Part shown: one piece after another, positions 19,419 through 28,947 of the stretch
Position numbering within the stretch: position 1 is the first letter of the stretch
Layout of the letters: each line of letters starts with the position of its first letter
Program-made: the position numbers and the translations under genes
The notes under the pieces: model-generated
What the model was told of the DNA's origin: nothing
The model's input: the letters and a program-made list of their open reading frames with translations, nothing else
The model's database searches: none
Virus record (IMG/VR): IMGVR_UViG_3300028585_000514
Length of the DNA stretch: 64,000 bases
Strand: one strand, 5' to 3'
Source of the DNA: a virus
Taxonomy: Duplodnaviria; Heunggongvirae; Uroviricota; Caudoviricetes

Positions 19419-19970
19419 TTATGGGATGATTTTCAATCCATATGAGTCAAACACCTTGCGAGTGAAGATGCTAACTAAACGCGGATTATGCACGAAGCCG
19501 AACTTCTCTTCGCCGGTCGAGATCAAGCGTTTCATATCCACTGACAAAACAGTAATCAGCTTGTTCGGATCATTCTTTTCAGACACATAGAATAAAGTCT
19601 GCGCATCATCGATGTTTGCGAACAACGTCATTGCATACTGAATGAGTTCGGGCTTGATCGTAACAACGAGTTGTTCGTTGTCAATCGTTAGAAGGACGTC
19701 TGGATTTTCAGTGCCTTCCTTGATCATCACCGGAGAGTAGTAGAACGGCACCAGCACTTCGTTTGTCTTGTCCTTCTTGACAAAGTGTGTCGTGGCACCA
19801 TCGTGATAGACGACGTAGTCGTTGATCGTGTGCGGCTGATCGATGAATGAGATGCCAAGCTCTTGATTGATGCGGATAACGTGGAAGTCATCTGCACCAT
19901 CTAGAACAGGAGAAACGCGACAGACTGTCATCGTTTCTTTGTCAACGTAGAGATACCAATTGTCAGTCAT
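19419..19970 (-). CDS. hypothetical protein in glycosyltransferase cluster
   Basis: Overlaps upstream GT stop. Confidence 0.75.
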   Translation of the reverse strand: MTDNWYLYVDKETMTVCRVSPVLDGADDFHVIRINQELGISFIDQPHTINDYVVYHDGATTHFVKKDKTNEVLVPFYYSPVMIKEGTENPDVLLTIDNEQLVVTIKPELIQYAMTLFANIDDAQTLFYVSEKNDPNKLITVLSVDMKRLISTGEEKFGFVHNPRLVSIFTRKVFDSYGLKIIP

Positions 19971-20830
19971 TTTACACCTAGCTTTCGTTCCATTGTCGCG
20001 ATCATCTCATCCGTCACGAAGTCTTTCACGTGGTAGTGGAAAGGCAGCGTTTGGCGGTAGTTGCCGATGTTCAGTTCACAATCGTTGTTGAAGTACACTT
20101 GAACCACTTTGTTCCACTCCTCGGGAATCGGAGGAGCATTTCGATCCAAGTGCCACTTTTGGAGTTGCGTCTTCATGTGGACAAAGGTCGGAACAGGAAT
20201 GTGGGGGTTCATATTTAGCGACTCAATGTCCAGAATCTTTGCAGCGATCGCGAAGACTACGTCAGTACTGACAAACGCCGGCCGATGTTCTGCTTCAAGG
20301 AACTCAAAGAAGTATCGCTGCCAGTTGTTGTAAATGTGTTCAGCGAGTTTGAACAGCTCGTGAGCAGCATCAGTCTTCTTGAAGTAGAAGAATGCGGTGT
20401 ACACGTTTGGCAGATTGTTCTGCGTGAACACTTTGCGGTAGTAATCCGAATCGACCTTCTCATTGCGGTAGGTCGATGCTTCGGTGCAGAAGACGACTTC
20501 AGATTGTCCCAACACGCTCCACCATTCGCTGAGGTCGGAGTTGAAGATCATATCTGCATCGAGTTTGATCGTCTCATCGTAAGGCGACATGTAAATCGCC
20601 TTCCATTCGTTCTCAAGCTTCCACGAGGTATCAGCCGCAGCATCACCCCATGGAATCTCAACGATTGCATCGAATGCGTGAGCATACTCCTCTGGAACTT
20701 TGTAGCCGGGCGTGATACCGATCGCAAGCTTCGAATGTTCTTTCTGGCTTAGCTTTAGGGATAACGCCAGGGCATAGGCATAACGTACGTATTGATCGCC
20801 TTGTGCGATTGTGAAATAGCCCTTAGACAT
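19967..20830 (-). CDS. glycosyltransferase (GT8-like)
   Basis: SPYDETIKLDAD DxD motif, YALALSLK, HYH. Confidence 0.75.
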   Translation of the reverse strand: MSKGYFTIAQGDQYVRYAYALALSLKLSQKEHSKLAIGITPGYKVPEEYAHAFDAIVEIPWGDAAADTSWKLENEWKAIYMSPYDETIKLDADMIFNSDLSEWWSVLGQSEVVFCTEASTYRNEKVDSDYYRKVFTQNNLPNVYTAFFYFKKTDAAHELFKLAEHIYNNWQRYFFEFLEAEHRPAFVSTDVVFAIAAKILDIESLNMNPHIPVPTFVHMKTQLQKWHLDRNAPPIPEEWNKVVQVYFNNDCELNIGNYRQTLPFHYHVKDFVTDEMIATMERKLGVK

Positions 20831-21110
20831 TTGGGCTCACCCATTCAGGAAGGCCTAGGTCGGCCAGCGAACCTTCCATCACATAAGCGATAGCGTACCA
20901 CGCAACCCCCGCATCAAGTTCAGCCATTAGTATTTCGCGACCCCAGCTCGGAGTGCGGCTATATGACAAACGGTGAAAACGCGGATCAGCAAGCCAAATG
21001 TGTTTTACGTAATCTAGGTTGTTCAGTTCGTCGATCGTTGTGATTTCCACCGGCAATTTCTCACTCGGGTCAGCGTCAACGAAATTAGGAAAACGGCGTG
21101 CTAGTTTCAT
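20823..21110 (-). CDS. hypothetical protein inserted between GT genes
   Basis: Overlaps both neighbours. Confidence 0.6.
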   Translation of the reverse strand: MKLARRFPNFVDADPSEKLPVEITTIDELNNLDYVKHIWLADPRFHRLSYSRTPSWGREILMAELDAGVAWYAIAYVMEGSLADLGLPEWVSPNV

Positions 21111-22003
21111 TTTTTGTAAAGTCCTATAAACTCATCTACGAACTTCTGCAAAGACATTTTGTTCATGATGTGAACGTTGTGGCCTTTGACTTTCGTGATG
21201 TAGAACGCATGTTCATGGTTCTGGTGTTTCATGCCCATATCATTGAACATGACGGTGATGCTATCCAATCCAACTTTGTGGATATGATCGCGGTCGGTGG
21301 AGGTGAGGATAAACGGCGTTGGCAACTTCTTGAACTCTTCATTCTCGATGAAGCCATTGAGAATGTGAAGTGCAATGCTGAAGGCAAAGTCGTTGCGGTA
21401 AAGGTATCCACCAAAACCGTACAACAGCTTGTAGTAGTCCCATCTCTCCTTGATGAACGACACTAAGTCAAATACCATTTTTGCGCGTTCAGACTTTTTG
21501 AAGTAGATCGCGGTGGCCCATACCATCTTGATGCCAGTTTGGTTCAATCGGAATTCCTCACCATCTAGAGGAAGATGATCCAACCCAAGTGCCGAATCGT
21601 TGATCAGGAAGTCCTCAGCACATCCCCACACAGCGTTCATTGAAGAATCCATCATGAGGAAGTCCACGTCAAGGAGAAGCGTCTCGTCGTACGGAGAAAT
21701 GTCGTATGCTGAGTTTCTATTGCCGTTGATGAATCGATCTTGTACCGAGTAGTATTGCGTGTCCGAGTAACGTCGAAGATTATCAGTGCCAGTAGTCTTG
21801 TCATCAACGATGATCTTATCGAAGACTGCTTCGATTTCATCCTTGATGTCAGCATTCCAATCAAGACTTTTTGTGGAGGTGACTACGGTGATCTTCGTGT
21901 CCTCACCTAGATTTTTCTTGCACATGTATGCGTTGAGCAGTGCAATCTTCAAATAGTTGACGTTGTCATTATTCGAAGCGAAGAATAGAATGCCTCTTGA
22001 CAT
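21107..22003 (-). CDS. glycosyltransferase (GT8-like), paralogue of 19967-20830
   Basis: SPYDETLLLDVD DxD motif, RNDFAFSIA. Confidence 0.75.
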   Translation of the reverse strand: MSRGILFFASNNDNVNYLKIALLNAYMCKKNLGEDTKITVVTSTKSLDWNADIKDEIEAVFDKIIVDDKTTGTDNLRRYSDTQYYSVQDRFINGNRNSAYDISPYDETLLLDVDFLMMDSSMNAVWGCAEDFLINDSALGLDHLPLDGEEFRLNQTGIKMVWATAIYFKKSERAKMVFDLVSFIKERWDYYKLLYGFGGYLYRNDFAFSIALHILNGFIENEEFKKLPTPFILTSTDRDHIHKVGLDSITVMFNDMGMKHQNHEHAFYITKVKGHNVHIMNKMSLQKFVDEFIGLYKK

Positions 22004-22004
22004 G

Positions 22005-22376
22005 TTACCACTCCATCATTGGAGCCGTCTTACGAGACGATTGAATCTTCTTGAAATCGATGAGGAAGGCGTTGGTCGCTTGGTAGTATCGGTCGTTGAT
22101 TTCGTCGTAGAAGTCTGCAAGCTTTTCGATAAGGATTGGATTGCCATTTACGTCGATTAGAATCGATTGCTCCTGTTCACGATTGATCAGAGCAGCAACG
22201 AATGAGATTAGGGTTTGGTCAACGTGGAACACGCCACCATTTTTTGAGAAGGTCAACGCTTGCTTAAACTTTAGCTTGCTGTTTTCCTTTTGGTTGTAGA
22301 GAGTAACGCGGTACTTCGCTGCTTCGAGAGCACGTTCTAGACGCTCGTCTAGATACTTTTGGGCGTCGTCAGACAT
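22005..22376 (-). CDS. hypothetical protein leading the GT operon
   Basis: GAGG RBS; GGTATAAT -10-like element upstream. Confidence 0.75.
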   Translation of the reverse strand: MSDDAQKYLDERLERALEAAKYRVTLYNQKENSKLKFKQALTFSKNGGVFHVDQTLISFVAALINREQEQSILIDVNGNPILIEKLADFYDEINDRYYQATNAFLIDFKKIQSSRKTAPMMEW

Positions 22377-22478
22377 GATGAACCTCTATTATTTTTGTTA
22401 TGGTTATGCGGGGTTATTATACCACAAACCCTAGAACGAGTCTAGGGTTTGTTTGGTAAGACCTGTTGACTTTATTTA

Positions 22479-23801
22479 TTAAGCCAATGCAGTTGAAGCC
22501 ACCGTAGGGTAAGCCATAACCGGCGATTTTAGAACGTTTGCACTTGGGCGAACTAGGGTCGATGCTGAAGTCAAAGTACCACCAACACCGCCATACAAAG
22601 TACCAGGATCAGTGAAGACAATCTGGAATCGGACGATGCGGTTTGACTCGATGCGAGCATTAACGGTGAACACTTGCTGCGAGTTGTTCGGGTTTGCAAG
22701 AGCAAAGATCGGCTGATACGTCGCGGTTAGATCGTAGAAGCCTTTTGAGTTTGCACGATTTTGTGAGTCCACTGAGCCGGTTGCGCTGAACTTCACGGTG
22801 CCGATGTTCACTAGGAAGTCTCTCCACTGGAAGTCACGTAGAGTGCCTGGGTTACCGAGTGTCGAAACAAATTGGAACTGACCGCCGGCGTTAATGTATG
22901 CTTTCAGTGAAGCTGCATCAGCGAAGGTTGCGGTTAGTTCGCGGCTGATTGATCCGGTCCAAGTAGTTGAACGTGAAGTGGTACCAGATGCAGGCGATGA
23001 TGACTCGAGTGAAACCAAAGTTGGTTTGAAGCGAGTAGTACCAGCCGACAACGCATTCAACGCGGTTAGGGTTAGATTGTACTTAGCAAGCATAGTGACC
23101 ATGCCGTAAGGAATGGTATTGCCTTGTTCGTAGATAAAGCCTTCAGCTGAGATACCAGTCGAGTCAACACCTAGGAAGTTGCAGATTGCGGTTAGCTTGC
23201 TTAGCAACGCGATCCACTTTGCGTTGGTCAATGTGTAGATTGACTCATTCGCGATAGTATCGGTTTGACCATAGCCGAACGCGTCAGCCAAGGTGGTGCC
23301 AGTTGGAGCGCCAATGATCTTGTTGAGCGTAGCAGCCATAGCGTTGTATTCTGTAACGAACGCAGCTTTTTGCACAAGGGTGTTTGGCATTGGGTAAATC
23401 TGAACCCATGCTGAACCATCCCAAATCTTGAGCATGCCGCCAGTGGTGTCAAACCATTGGGTGCCAGTTTTTGGATTTGATGGCGCTGTTGTGCCAGAGG
23501 TGACGCCACCGCCGGCCGAACCAGCCCATGCGTTCTGTGGATCAACGGTTGCATCATAAATGCGTAGAACTTTATTTGTGGTGTCGTACCACAATTGACC
23601 AGTCACACCATTTGCTGGTGGAGTTGGCGCAGCGAAAGTCTCTAGCATCTTCAACAAGTTTTGCTGAAGGTCACGACCCCAATTTGGGCTGCCGCGGCCA
23701 GTCAGAACTAGCGAAGTGTGAGTGGTGTCTTTCGTCTGAGGTTGAACGGTGAAGCCTGGCTTATTAGCAATGCTCCAACCAAAATCGTATTGATCGCTCA
23801 A
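22479..23801 (-). CDS. virion structural protein (fibre/baseplate-like)
   Basis: Follows tail tube; repeated GQLWYDT..VLRIYD / GTQWFDT..MLKIWDG motifs; Thr/Gly/Ser rich. Confidence 0.75.
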   Translation of the reverse strand: MSDQYDFGWSIANKPGFTVQPQTKDTTHTSLVLTGRGSPNWGRDLQQNLLKMLETFAAPTPPANGVTGQLWYDTTNKVLRIYDATVDPQNAWAGSAGGGVTSGTTAPSNPKTGTQWFDTTGGMLKIWDGSAWVQIYPMPNTLVQKAAFVTEYNAMAATLNKIIGAPTGTTLADAFGYGQTDTIANESIYTLTNAKWIALLSKLTAICNFLGVDSTGISAEGFIYEQGNTIPYGMVTMLAKYNLTLTALNALSAGTTRFKPTLVSLESSSPASGTTSRSTTWTGSISRELTATFADAASLKAYINAGGQFQFVSTLGNPGTLRDFQWRDFLVNIGTVKFSATGSVDSQNRANSKGFYDLTATYQPIFALANPNNSQQVFTVNARIESNRIVRFQIVFTDPGTLYGGVGGTLTSASTLVRPSANVLKSPVMAYPTVASTALA

Positions 23802-23889
23802 TTACTTCTCCTTACGTGCCGGCTCACGAAACGGATAACCCGCATCGCCGGTATCGTGATGCGGGTTATTATGCTTATGAAACTATGGA

Positions 23890-24471
23890 TTACAGAGTGC
23901 CGCCAATCGCAGTACCTAGACCTAGTTGTTCTAGGACTTGACGTGCGTGGTCGAAACGAACTTGTAGAGTGATAGTCACTGCTTCTGCGGTTGAGTAGTC
24001 TAGATCGCCGAAGTCTGAACCAGCGATGAAGCAACCTTCTAGTAGCCATTGTTCGACAACAGTTTCGTTACCGTCTAGCTGTTCTAGCTTCATACCAAAC
24101 TTATACGCAGATGCGGTAGCTGCAGTTGCCAACCATGGACCATCAGCACCGATCAACTTTTGCTGAGCTTCTAGTTGATTGCGGATAATGCCTGATGCTT
24201 TACCAGTGATGTCATCCTGAACGACCAAGTTGCATGGTTCCCACTCGTGCTTACCAGCGATGTACGCTGACGAGTTGTAACGGTCAAGTTTGATTTGTTC
24301 GAAGGTTAGGTTTGGACGAGTAACAGTAACGGCTTGCATGGACAAGTCAGCGGAATTGCCACCAGCCGAAGCACCGATACCAACGAAAGTAACACGCCAT
24401 CTGTTCTTTAGCTTTGGCATCAAGATACCATTGCCGACGCCAGGAATACCAGCTTGTGATAGTGTAGCCAT
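23890..24471 (-). CDS. tail tube protein (gp19-like)
   Basis: Downstream of sheath; WLLEGCFI..DFGDLDYS..VTITLQVRFD. Confidence 0.85.
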   Translation of the reverse strand: MATLSQAGIPGVGNGILMPKLKNRWRVTFVGIGASAGGNSADLSMQAVTVTRPNLTFEQIKLDRYNSSAYIAGKHEWEPCNLVVQDDITGKASGIIRNQLEAQQKLIGADGPWLATAATASAYKFGMKLEQLDGNETVVEQWLLEGCFIAGSDFGDLDYSTAEAVTITLQVRFDHARQVLEQLGLGTAIGGTL

Positions 24472-24519
24472 TTAAATCTCCTTTGTTGTACTTACTTAAA
24501 TAGAAAGTATTTCTTCTGA

Positions 24520-24527
24520 TATTTATA
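24520..24527 (-). promoter_or_regulatory. late promoter TATAAATA
   Basis: Exact consensus upstream of tail tube. Confidence 0.7.
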
Positions 24528-24550
24528 AAGAAAGGGGGAATTACGGCCAC

Positions 24551-24577
24551 AAAAAAGGAGACCGAAGTCTCCTTTTT
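24551..24577 (-). terminator. intrinsic terminator with cUUCGg loop
   Basis: GGAGAC-TTCG-GTCTCC-TTTTTT after sheath gene. Confidence 0.85.
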
Positions 24578-24597
24578 ATTTATTGCTTAGTGCCTGA

Positions 24598-26229
24598 TTA
24601 AGGCATCTTAGCGCCGGTTGAAAGAACGCGGACTGGGATGTAGATAAATTCAGCAGCTTTCACTGGCTTTAGAGCCACATCGCACCATAGTTCGTTGCGA
24701 TCGATTCGAGTTGCGGTGTTGTTTGAAGCATCGCACAGGGTGACGAAGTCATACAAACCACGCTTAACAAGAATGTCACCTAGGAAACCATCGACCGAAG
24801 CCTTTAGGTTGTCACGGGTGATTTGATCGTTCGGTTCGAATAGGAACGGGAACGCACCTTTACGTAGAGCACGCTTGATGTACATTAGTAGACGAGCCAC
24901 GTTAATACGATCAAGTGAAGATGCAGCTGGAGCTGAAGTCTTCTGACCGAACACAACGAAACCACGGCCTGGGAAGTACGCGATTGGGTTGATGTTGGTG
25001 TAGTACTGGTACAAGTTGTCGCGCTGACCTTGGTTTAGGTTCACTTCAACAAACTTGGTTGGGGTACCTAGGGTACCGGTCACGTAACCAGTGGTGCTGA
25101 TGCCAGTCACTAGACCACGACGGACACCTGCTGGAGCGAACCATAGTTCTGCAACACTGTCGGAGTAAGCGATGGTACGTAGTGCAATACCCGATGATGC
25201 GACGAACACATCGATACCGTCTAGGTTTGAAGCTAGAGCGTGTGGGTAGTAGTATGCAACTGACGAGCCGTTCTTACGAGCAGTGGTCTTACCCCATAGA
25301 GCGACATCATCTGCATTCTTGTCGAATGGAGTATCAGCGATAACGAATGCTTCGTCGTTGATCGACTGTGATAGCGCTAGCATTTCATCCACAACTTCGT
25401 GGTAGCCTGGGCATAGGATTAGGTTGTATTCGTAGGTTTCGGAACGCACTTCTTGGTTGCTGTTGATTTCAGCTTGTAGAGCGGTCACGATAGCAACGCG
25501 CTTAGCAGCATCATTAGCACCTAGCTCTGAACCAACAGTTGATTCGACTAGTTGAACTTCGAAATTGTCGCCAACTTCAAAATCGGTTTCGCCACGAGTG
25601 ATCTCGAATGAAATCATACCGTTGTCGTATAGACGACCAGCGCGAGCTTGTAGATCGCTAACGCCGGACACTGAACCGGTCACGCTGAATTCTTCGATGC
25701 CGTCGCCGGTCGAGATGCAGGTTAGGTTCCAGATTTCAGCAGTCTTATTTTCGCCGTTAACAGCGAAGTCGACCAAGTCACCTTTTGGTAGTTCGGATGC
25801 GCCAGAAACGCTAGTGAAAGTTGCATCGCCAGCGACGATCGCGGTTAGCGGTTTGTCAGCTAGGTCAACATCTGCACGAACTGCGTAGCATAGGTTACCG
25901 ATACCCAAGAACTGGGTCATAGCCATTAGGCCATATTCATTGCGTGCATCGCCGTGTAGCTGACGACGTTGTGAAACTGGTAGAGTCGAATCTTCTGCCG
26001 CGGTACGGAAGGCAGGCACGCCATATGACTGGGTCAATTGGCCGATTGACGTAATGGTGCGAACAACTGAATGTTCGTTGGTGTATGCGGCTGTTGACAC
26101 GCCATCTGGTTGCTTCTTGTTCGCTTGAGTTGCGATAAAGAACAATGGCACGGTAGGCGCGGACACTGGGATGAAAAAGCTTTCATCAATGATGGTCACG
26201 CTTACGCCAGCACTTACTAAAGTAGCCAT
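24598..26229 (-). CDS. tail sheath protein (gp18-like)
   Basis: LVSAGVSV start, WFAPAGVRRG, INPI, FGQKT, RINVARL, FEPND, KPVKAAEFI. Confidence 0.95.
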   Translation of the reverse strand: MATLVSAGVSVTIIDESFFIPVSAPTVPLFFIATQANKKQPDGVSTAAYTNEHSVVRTITSIGQLTQSYGVPAFRTAAEDSTLPVSQRRQLHGDARNEYGLMAMTQFLGIGNLCYAVRADVDLADKPLTAIVAGDATFTSVSGASELPKGDLVDFAVNGENKTAEIWNLTCISTGDGIEEFSVTGSVSGVSDLQARAGRLYDNGMISFEITRGETDFEVGDNFEVQLVESTVGSELGANDAAKRVAIVTALQAEINSNQEVRSETYEYNLILCPGYHEVVDEMLALSQSINDEAFVIADTPFDKNADDVALWGKTTARKNGSSVAYYYPHALASNLDGIDVFVASSGIALRTIAYSDSVAELWFAPAGVRRGLVTGISTTGYVTGTLGTPTKFVEVNLNQGQRDNLYQYYTNINPIAYFPGRGFVVFGQKTSAPAASSLDRINVARLLMYIKRALRKGAFPFLFEPNDQITRDNLKASVDGFLGDILVKRGLYDFVTLCDASNNTATRIDRNELWCDVALKPVKAAEFIYIPVRVLSTGAKMP

Positions 26230-26334
26230 GTTAAATCTCCTTGTTTATGTTTCGCACATTAGGTGCACGAATTCTCATTACTCTTTCATTCTATTTATTA
26301 AATTACAAGAATTCGTGCACGAATTAGCGGTAGA

Positions 26335-27090
26335 TTATGGTATGTTGCCGTCAAGCTCCATTGATCCCCAAACCTCACCAGAGAATGGCATAAGGTCGCC
26401 GGATGAATCGTATTCGTTCAATGCAAAACCATCGAGATCACCAAAGCGCATAACGATCTTCTTGACGAGATTTTCTTTCAAATCCATTGGTGGAGTAATC
26501 CACGATTCCATGCGGAAGTTCAAAGTCCAAACGATCATTCGTTTCTCTGTACCGATTGGATAATTCTCCTCTTGCTGAACACTCAAGAGTTCCACATTAG
26601 TTTGACGTGACCAGTCATATGGTGAATCGTTCGTCTGAATCTGTAGCGTCGGATCAAAGATGATCAGAATCTGTTCAAGAATCTGGAACATTTGATCCAT
26701 GTTCGACGAGTAAATTGCCAACTCAAAGGTCAAGTTGTACGGGATCGGCATGTAGCGTTCCATGACTTTCAAGTCTTGTGGATACACGCCGCCTTGTGGC
26801 ATGATGGTTTTACGCTCGGTCATGCCAACGCCTTTGCGACGTTCTGGGGCCAACTCAACCTCCAACAAGTATGTTGACATCACTGGGAGAGTCAACATCT
26901 TGTTTTGGGTAAAGCCATTTGATACTGCAGCCACCACGCGGTCGATTGAACCATAGCGAACTGGTACCTCTAGCGCGTGACGTTCACCATCTTCACGAAC
27001 ACCAGTCAGAACTTGTAAGCCTGAAAAGATGGACGAGAACTGTGTGATGGCTCTCTTAAACTGCTCGTTGTAGTAGTAGGATGTAATCAT
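26335..27090 (-). CDS. tail terminator/sheath stabiliser (gp15-like)
   Basis: VPVRYG, PIPYNLTFELAIY, FQILEQILIIFDP. Confidence 0.85.
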   Translation of the reverse strand: MITSYYYNEQFKRAITQFSSIFSGLQVLTGVREDGERHALEVPVRYGSIDRVVAAVSNGFTQNKMLTLPVMSTYLLEVELAPERRKGVGMTERKTIMPQGGVYPQDLKVMERYMPIPYNLTFELAIYSSNMDQMFQILEQILIIFDPTLQIQTNDSPYDWSRQTNVELLSVQQEENYPIGTEKRMIVWTLNFRMESWITPPMDLKENLVKKIVMRFGDLDGFALNEYDSSGDLMPFSGEVWGSMELDGNIP

Positions 27091-28586
27091 ACTTTCTCCG
27101 TAATGTCTCTCTTAGTTGTTGATTCTAGTTTCGCACGGATCGAAGGACGATACGACGATTGCTCCATTCGGCGATCAGTCTCGAGGTAAATCCAACGATT
27201 CTTCACGTGGTTCCATTGGAATAGTTTTGGCGGCAAGCGGTGATCATCCGGATAAGTCATGCGATGGAAGTCATCATTCTTTGGCTTCTCTGGGAACTTA
27301 GGTCCTTCGGTGAATGGTGCATTGTTTGGCGGCATACCATCTTCGACACCATAGTCGCGGCCGTCGTAGGAACCCTTCTCGTTGAACAAGTTCATGCCGC
27401 TCTGCAACTCACTGGTATCAGCACCAGTCTCTGGCACATCGTCAATAGCCTTCTTGAAGATCGCTTCAGTCGACTCTTGACCAAGCATATTCAACGGCGA
27501 ATCGTTTGCCATAAAGTCAGCATCAACCAAAGTGTCGTAGCCTTTGTTTGACTTGAACAAGTCCATATTCTCTTGGGACGCAATCGCTGGGGTTGCAGTA
27601 AAGCGGAACAAAATAGGCTTCCAACCTGGCGCATAGCCATCAATCGCCCACGTGGTATCAATGACTTCAAGCCATTTGCGAACACCATTCAGCTTCGCGT
27701 CGTATTGCATTTCGTTAGGCAGTTCGATGATGTCACCCATGACCACAGGACGTCCTAGGAGCTCCACCATGCGCGCGAACGAAACAGTGAAGATGTATTG
27801 CTGAGGAAGATCGATACCGAACTTCGTGAGCTCTGTTTGAACGTCGATCAAGTCATAGTGAGCACGCAATTGGATTGAGATGTCTGCATAGTCTCGATCA
27901 CGATTCTCCAAGAAGATCATGTCTTGGATGTTGTCCAAATTGGTTTGGGTGTAGTTCATGAATTGTAGGTGAACAACCTCCCATGAATCGGTAGGGCCGC
28001 CAGCAAAGTAGATTGGGACGATACGCCAGATTTGGGATGGCGCAGATTGGCGCAGGGCGATCGTCTCGAGCTCGCCCGAGTTAGGCAAGTTGAATACGTC
28101 TGCCCTCTTCCAAGTCACCCCTCCGTCGTCTGAACGTTCCAGGCGTGCTTGCAATACACGCTTTGCCGGATCAGCGCTCTGCTTGATACGAAGGGTCGTA
28201 ATCTCTTGACGAACGGGTGCTGCTGGTGCATAGCGTTCTGTACCCATCAAGTTCTTCTTGGTGCCGAAGTTGTAACCAAGGAATGATTGAAGAACTTGTT
28301 CGCCGGTTTGTGCCGATGCCCAAGGTGCATCGTTAGCGTTGAATGCATCGCCAACCAAAGTGCCTGGCGTAGAGCCGGACGAAATTGGATTACCTGATCC
28401 GGTCAGGTCTTGTAGTTGGCCTTGCTCGTGGACGCCAAGCATACGGAAAACATTGACCTTAGCACCAGAGATTTCTAGTGCTTGCGCAGCCACGTTTTCC
28501 ATATAAGCGGTATCTCTACCGCCACATGCATCCGAGTTAAGGTCCCAAGTACCAAGTTCAATTGTAGGTGCTTGATATTGAGTCAT
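27087..28586 (-). CDS. neck protein (gp14-like) with extra domains
   Basis: FLENRDRDY, LTKFGI, GDIIELP; position between gp13-like and gp15-like genes. Confidence 0.7.
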   Translation of the reverse strand: MTQYQAPTIELGTWDLNSDACGGRDTAYMENVAAQALEISGAKVNVFRMLGVHEQGQLQDLTGSGNPISSGSTPGTLVGDAFNANDAPWASAQTGEQVLQSFLGYNFGTKKNLMGTERYAPAAPVRQEITTLRIKQSADPAKRVLQARLERSDDGGVTWKRADVFNLPNSGELETIALRQSAPSQIWRIVPIYFAGGPTDSWEVVHLQFMNYTQTNLDNIQDMIFLENRDRDYADISIQLRAHYDLIDVQTELTKFGIDLPQQYIFTVSFARMVELLGRPVVMGDIIELPNEMQYDAKLNGVRKWLEVIDTTWAIDGYAPGWKPILFRFTATPAIASQENMDLFKSNKGYDTLVDADFMANDSPLNMLGQESTEAIFKKAIDDVPETGADTSELQSGMNLFNEKGSYDGRDYGVEDGMPPNNAPFTEGPKFPEKPKNDDFHRMTYPDDHRLPPKLFQWNHVKNRWIYLETDRRMEQSSYRPSIRAKLESTTKRDITEKV

Positions 28587-28596
28587 TTTGTTTCCT

Positions 28597-28947
28597 TTAT
28601 TTTGGGAGTCTTACCATTTCAGGCCATGTCGTTTTTTCGAATCCATTCTTCCGGTACAGTGAAACTAGACGATCAAAGTCCGTATCCTCATCAGGAAGAA
28701 TATTCAAACGCAGCTTGTAGCCATGTTCGTCTGCATACTTAGTGACAGCGGCCATCAACTCTCGAGCGCCGCCTTGACCACGAGTGTCATCTGGAGTTTC
28801 CACATTTGTCAGCAACATGAATTCGCCTTGATCGACTAGCTCCGCAGTGGAGCCAGTCTTATCATGCTGAAAGTATGTTCGGTCTTTGTGTTTTGTACCT
28901 GGTCTGATTGTCACCGATTCAAGAAGTTCAGCAAGCTTCATGATCAA
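28597..28947 (-). CDS. GNAT acetyltransferase, candidate internal head protein
   Basis: RGQGGA motif A, LYRKNGF motif B; N-terminal MKLAELLES. Confidence 0.8.
   Translation of the reverse strand: MIMKLAELLESVTIRPGTKHKDRTYFQHDKTGSTAELVDQGEFMLLTNVETPDDTRGQGGARELMAAVTKYADEHGYKLRLNILPDEDTDFDRLVSLYRKNGFEKTTWPEMVRLPK

Noticed and set aside
23798-24049. Arg-rich ORF overlapping the tail tube end
   Set aside because: Alternate-frame artefact; the intergenic part is a simple hairpin (ATAACCCGCATC/GATGCGGGTTAT)
15410-24577. Identical 25-bp sequences at 15410 and 24551 as mobile-element ends
   Set aside because: Both are cUUCGg terminators of a type common here; no recombinase or transposase, and core tail genes lie between them
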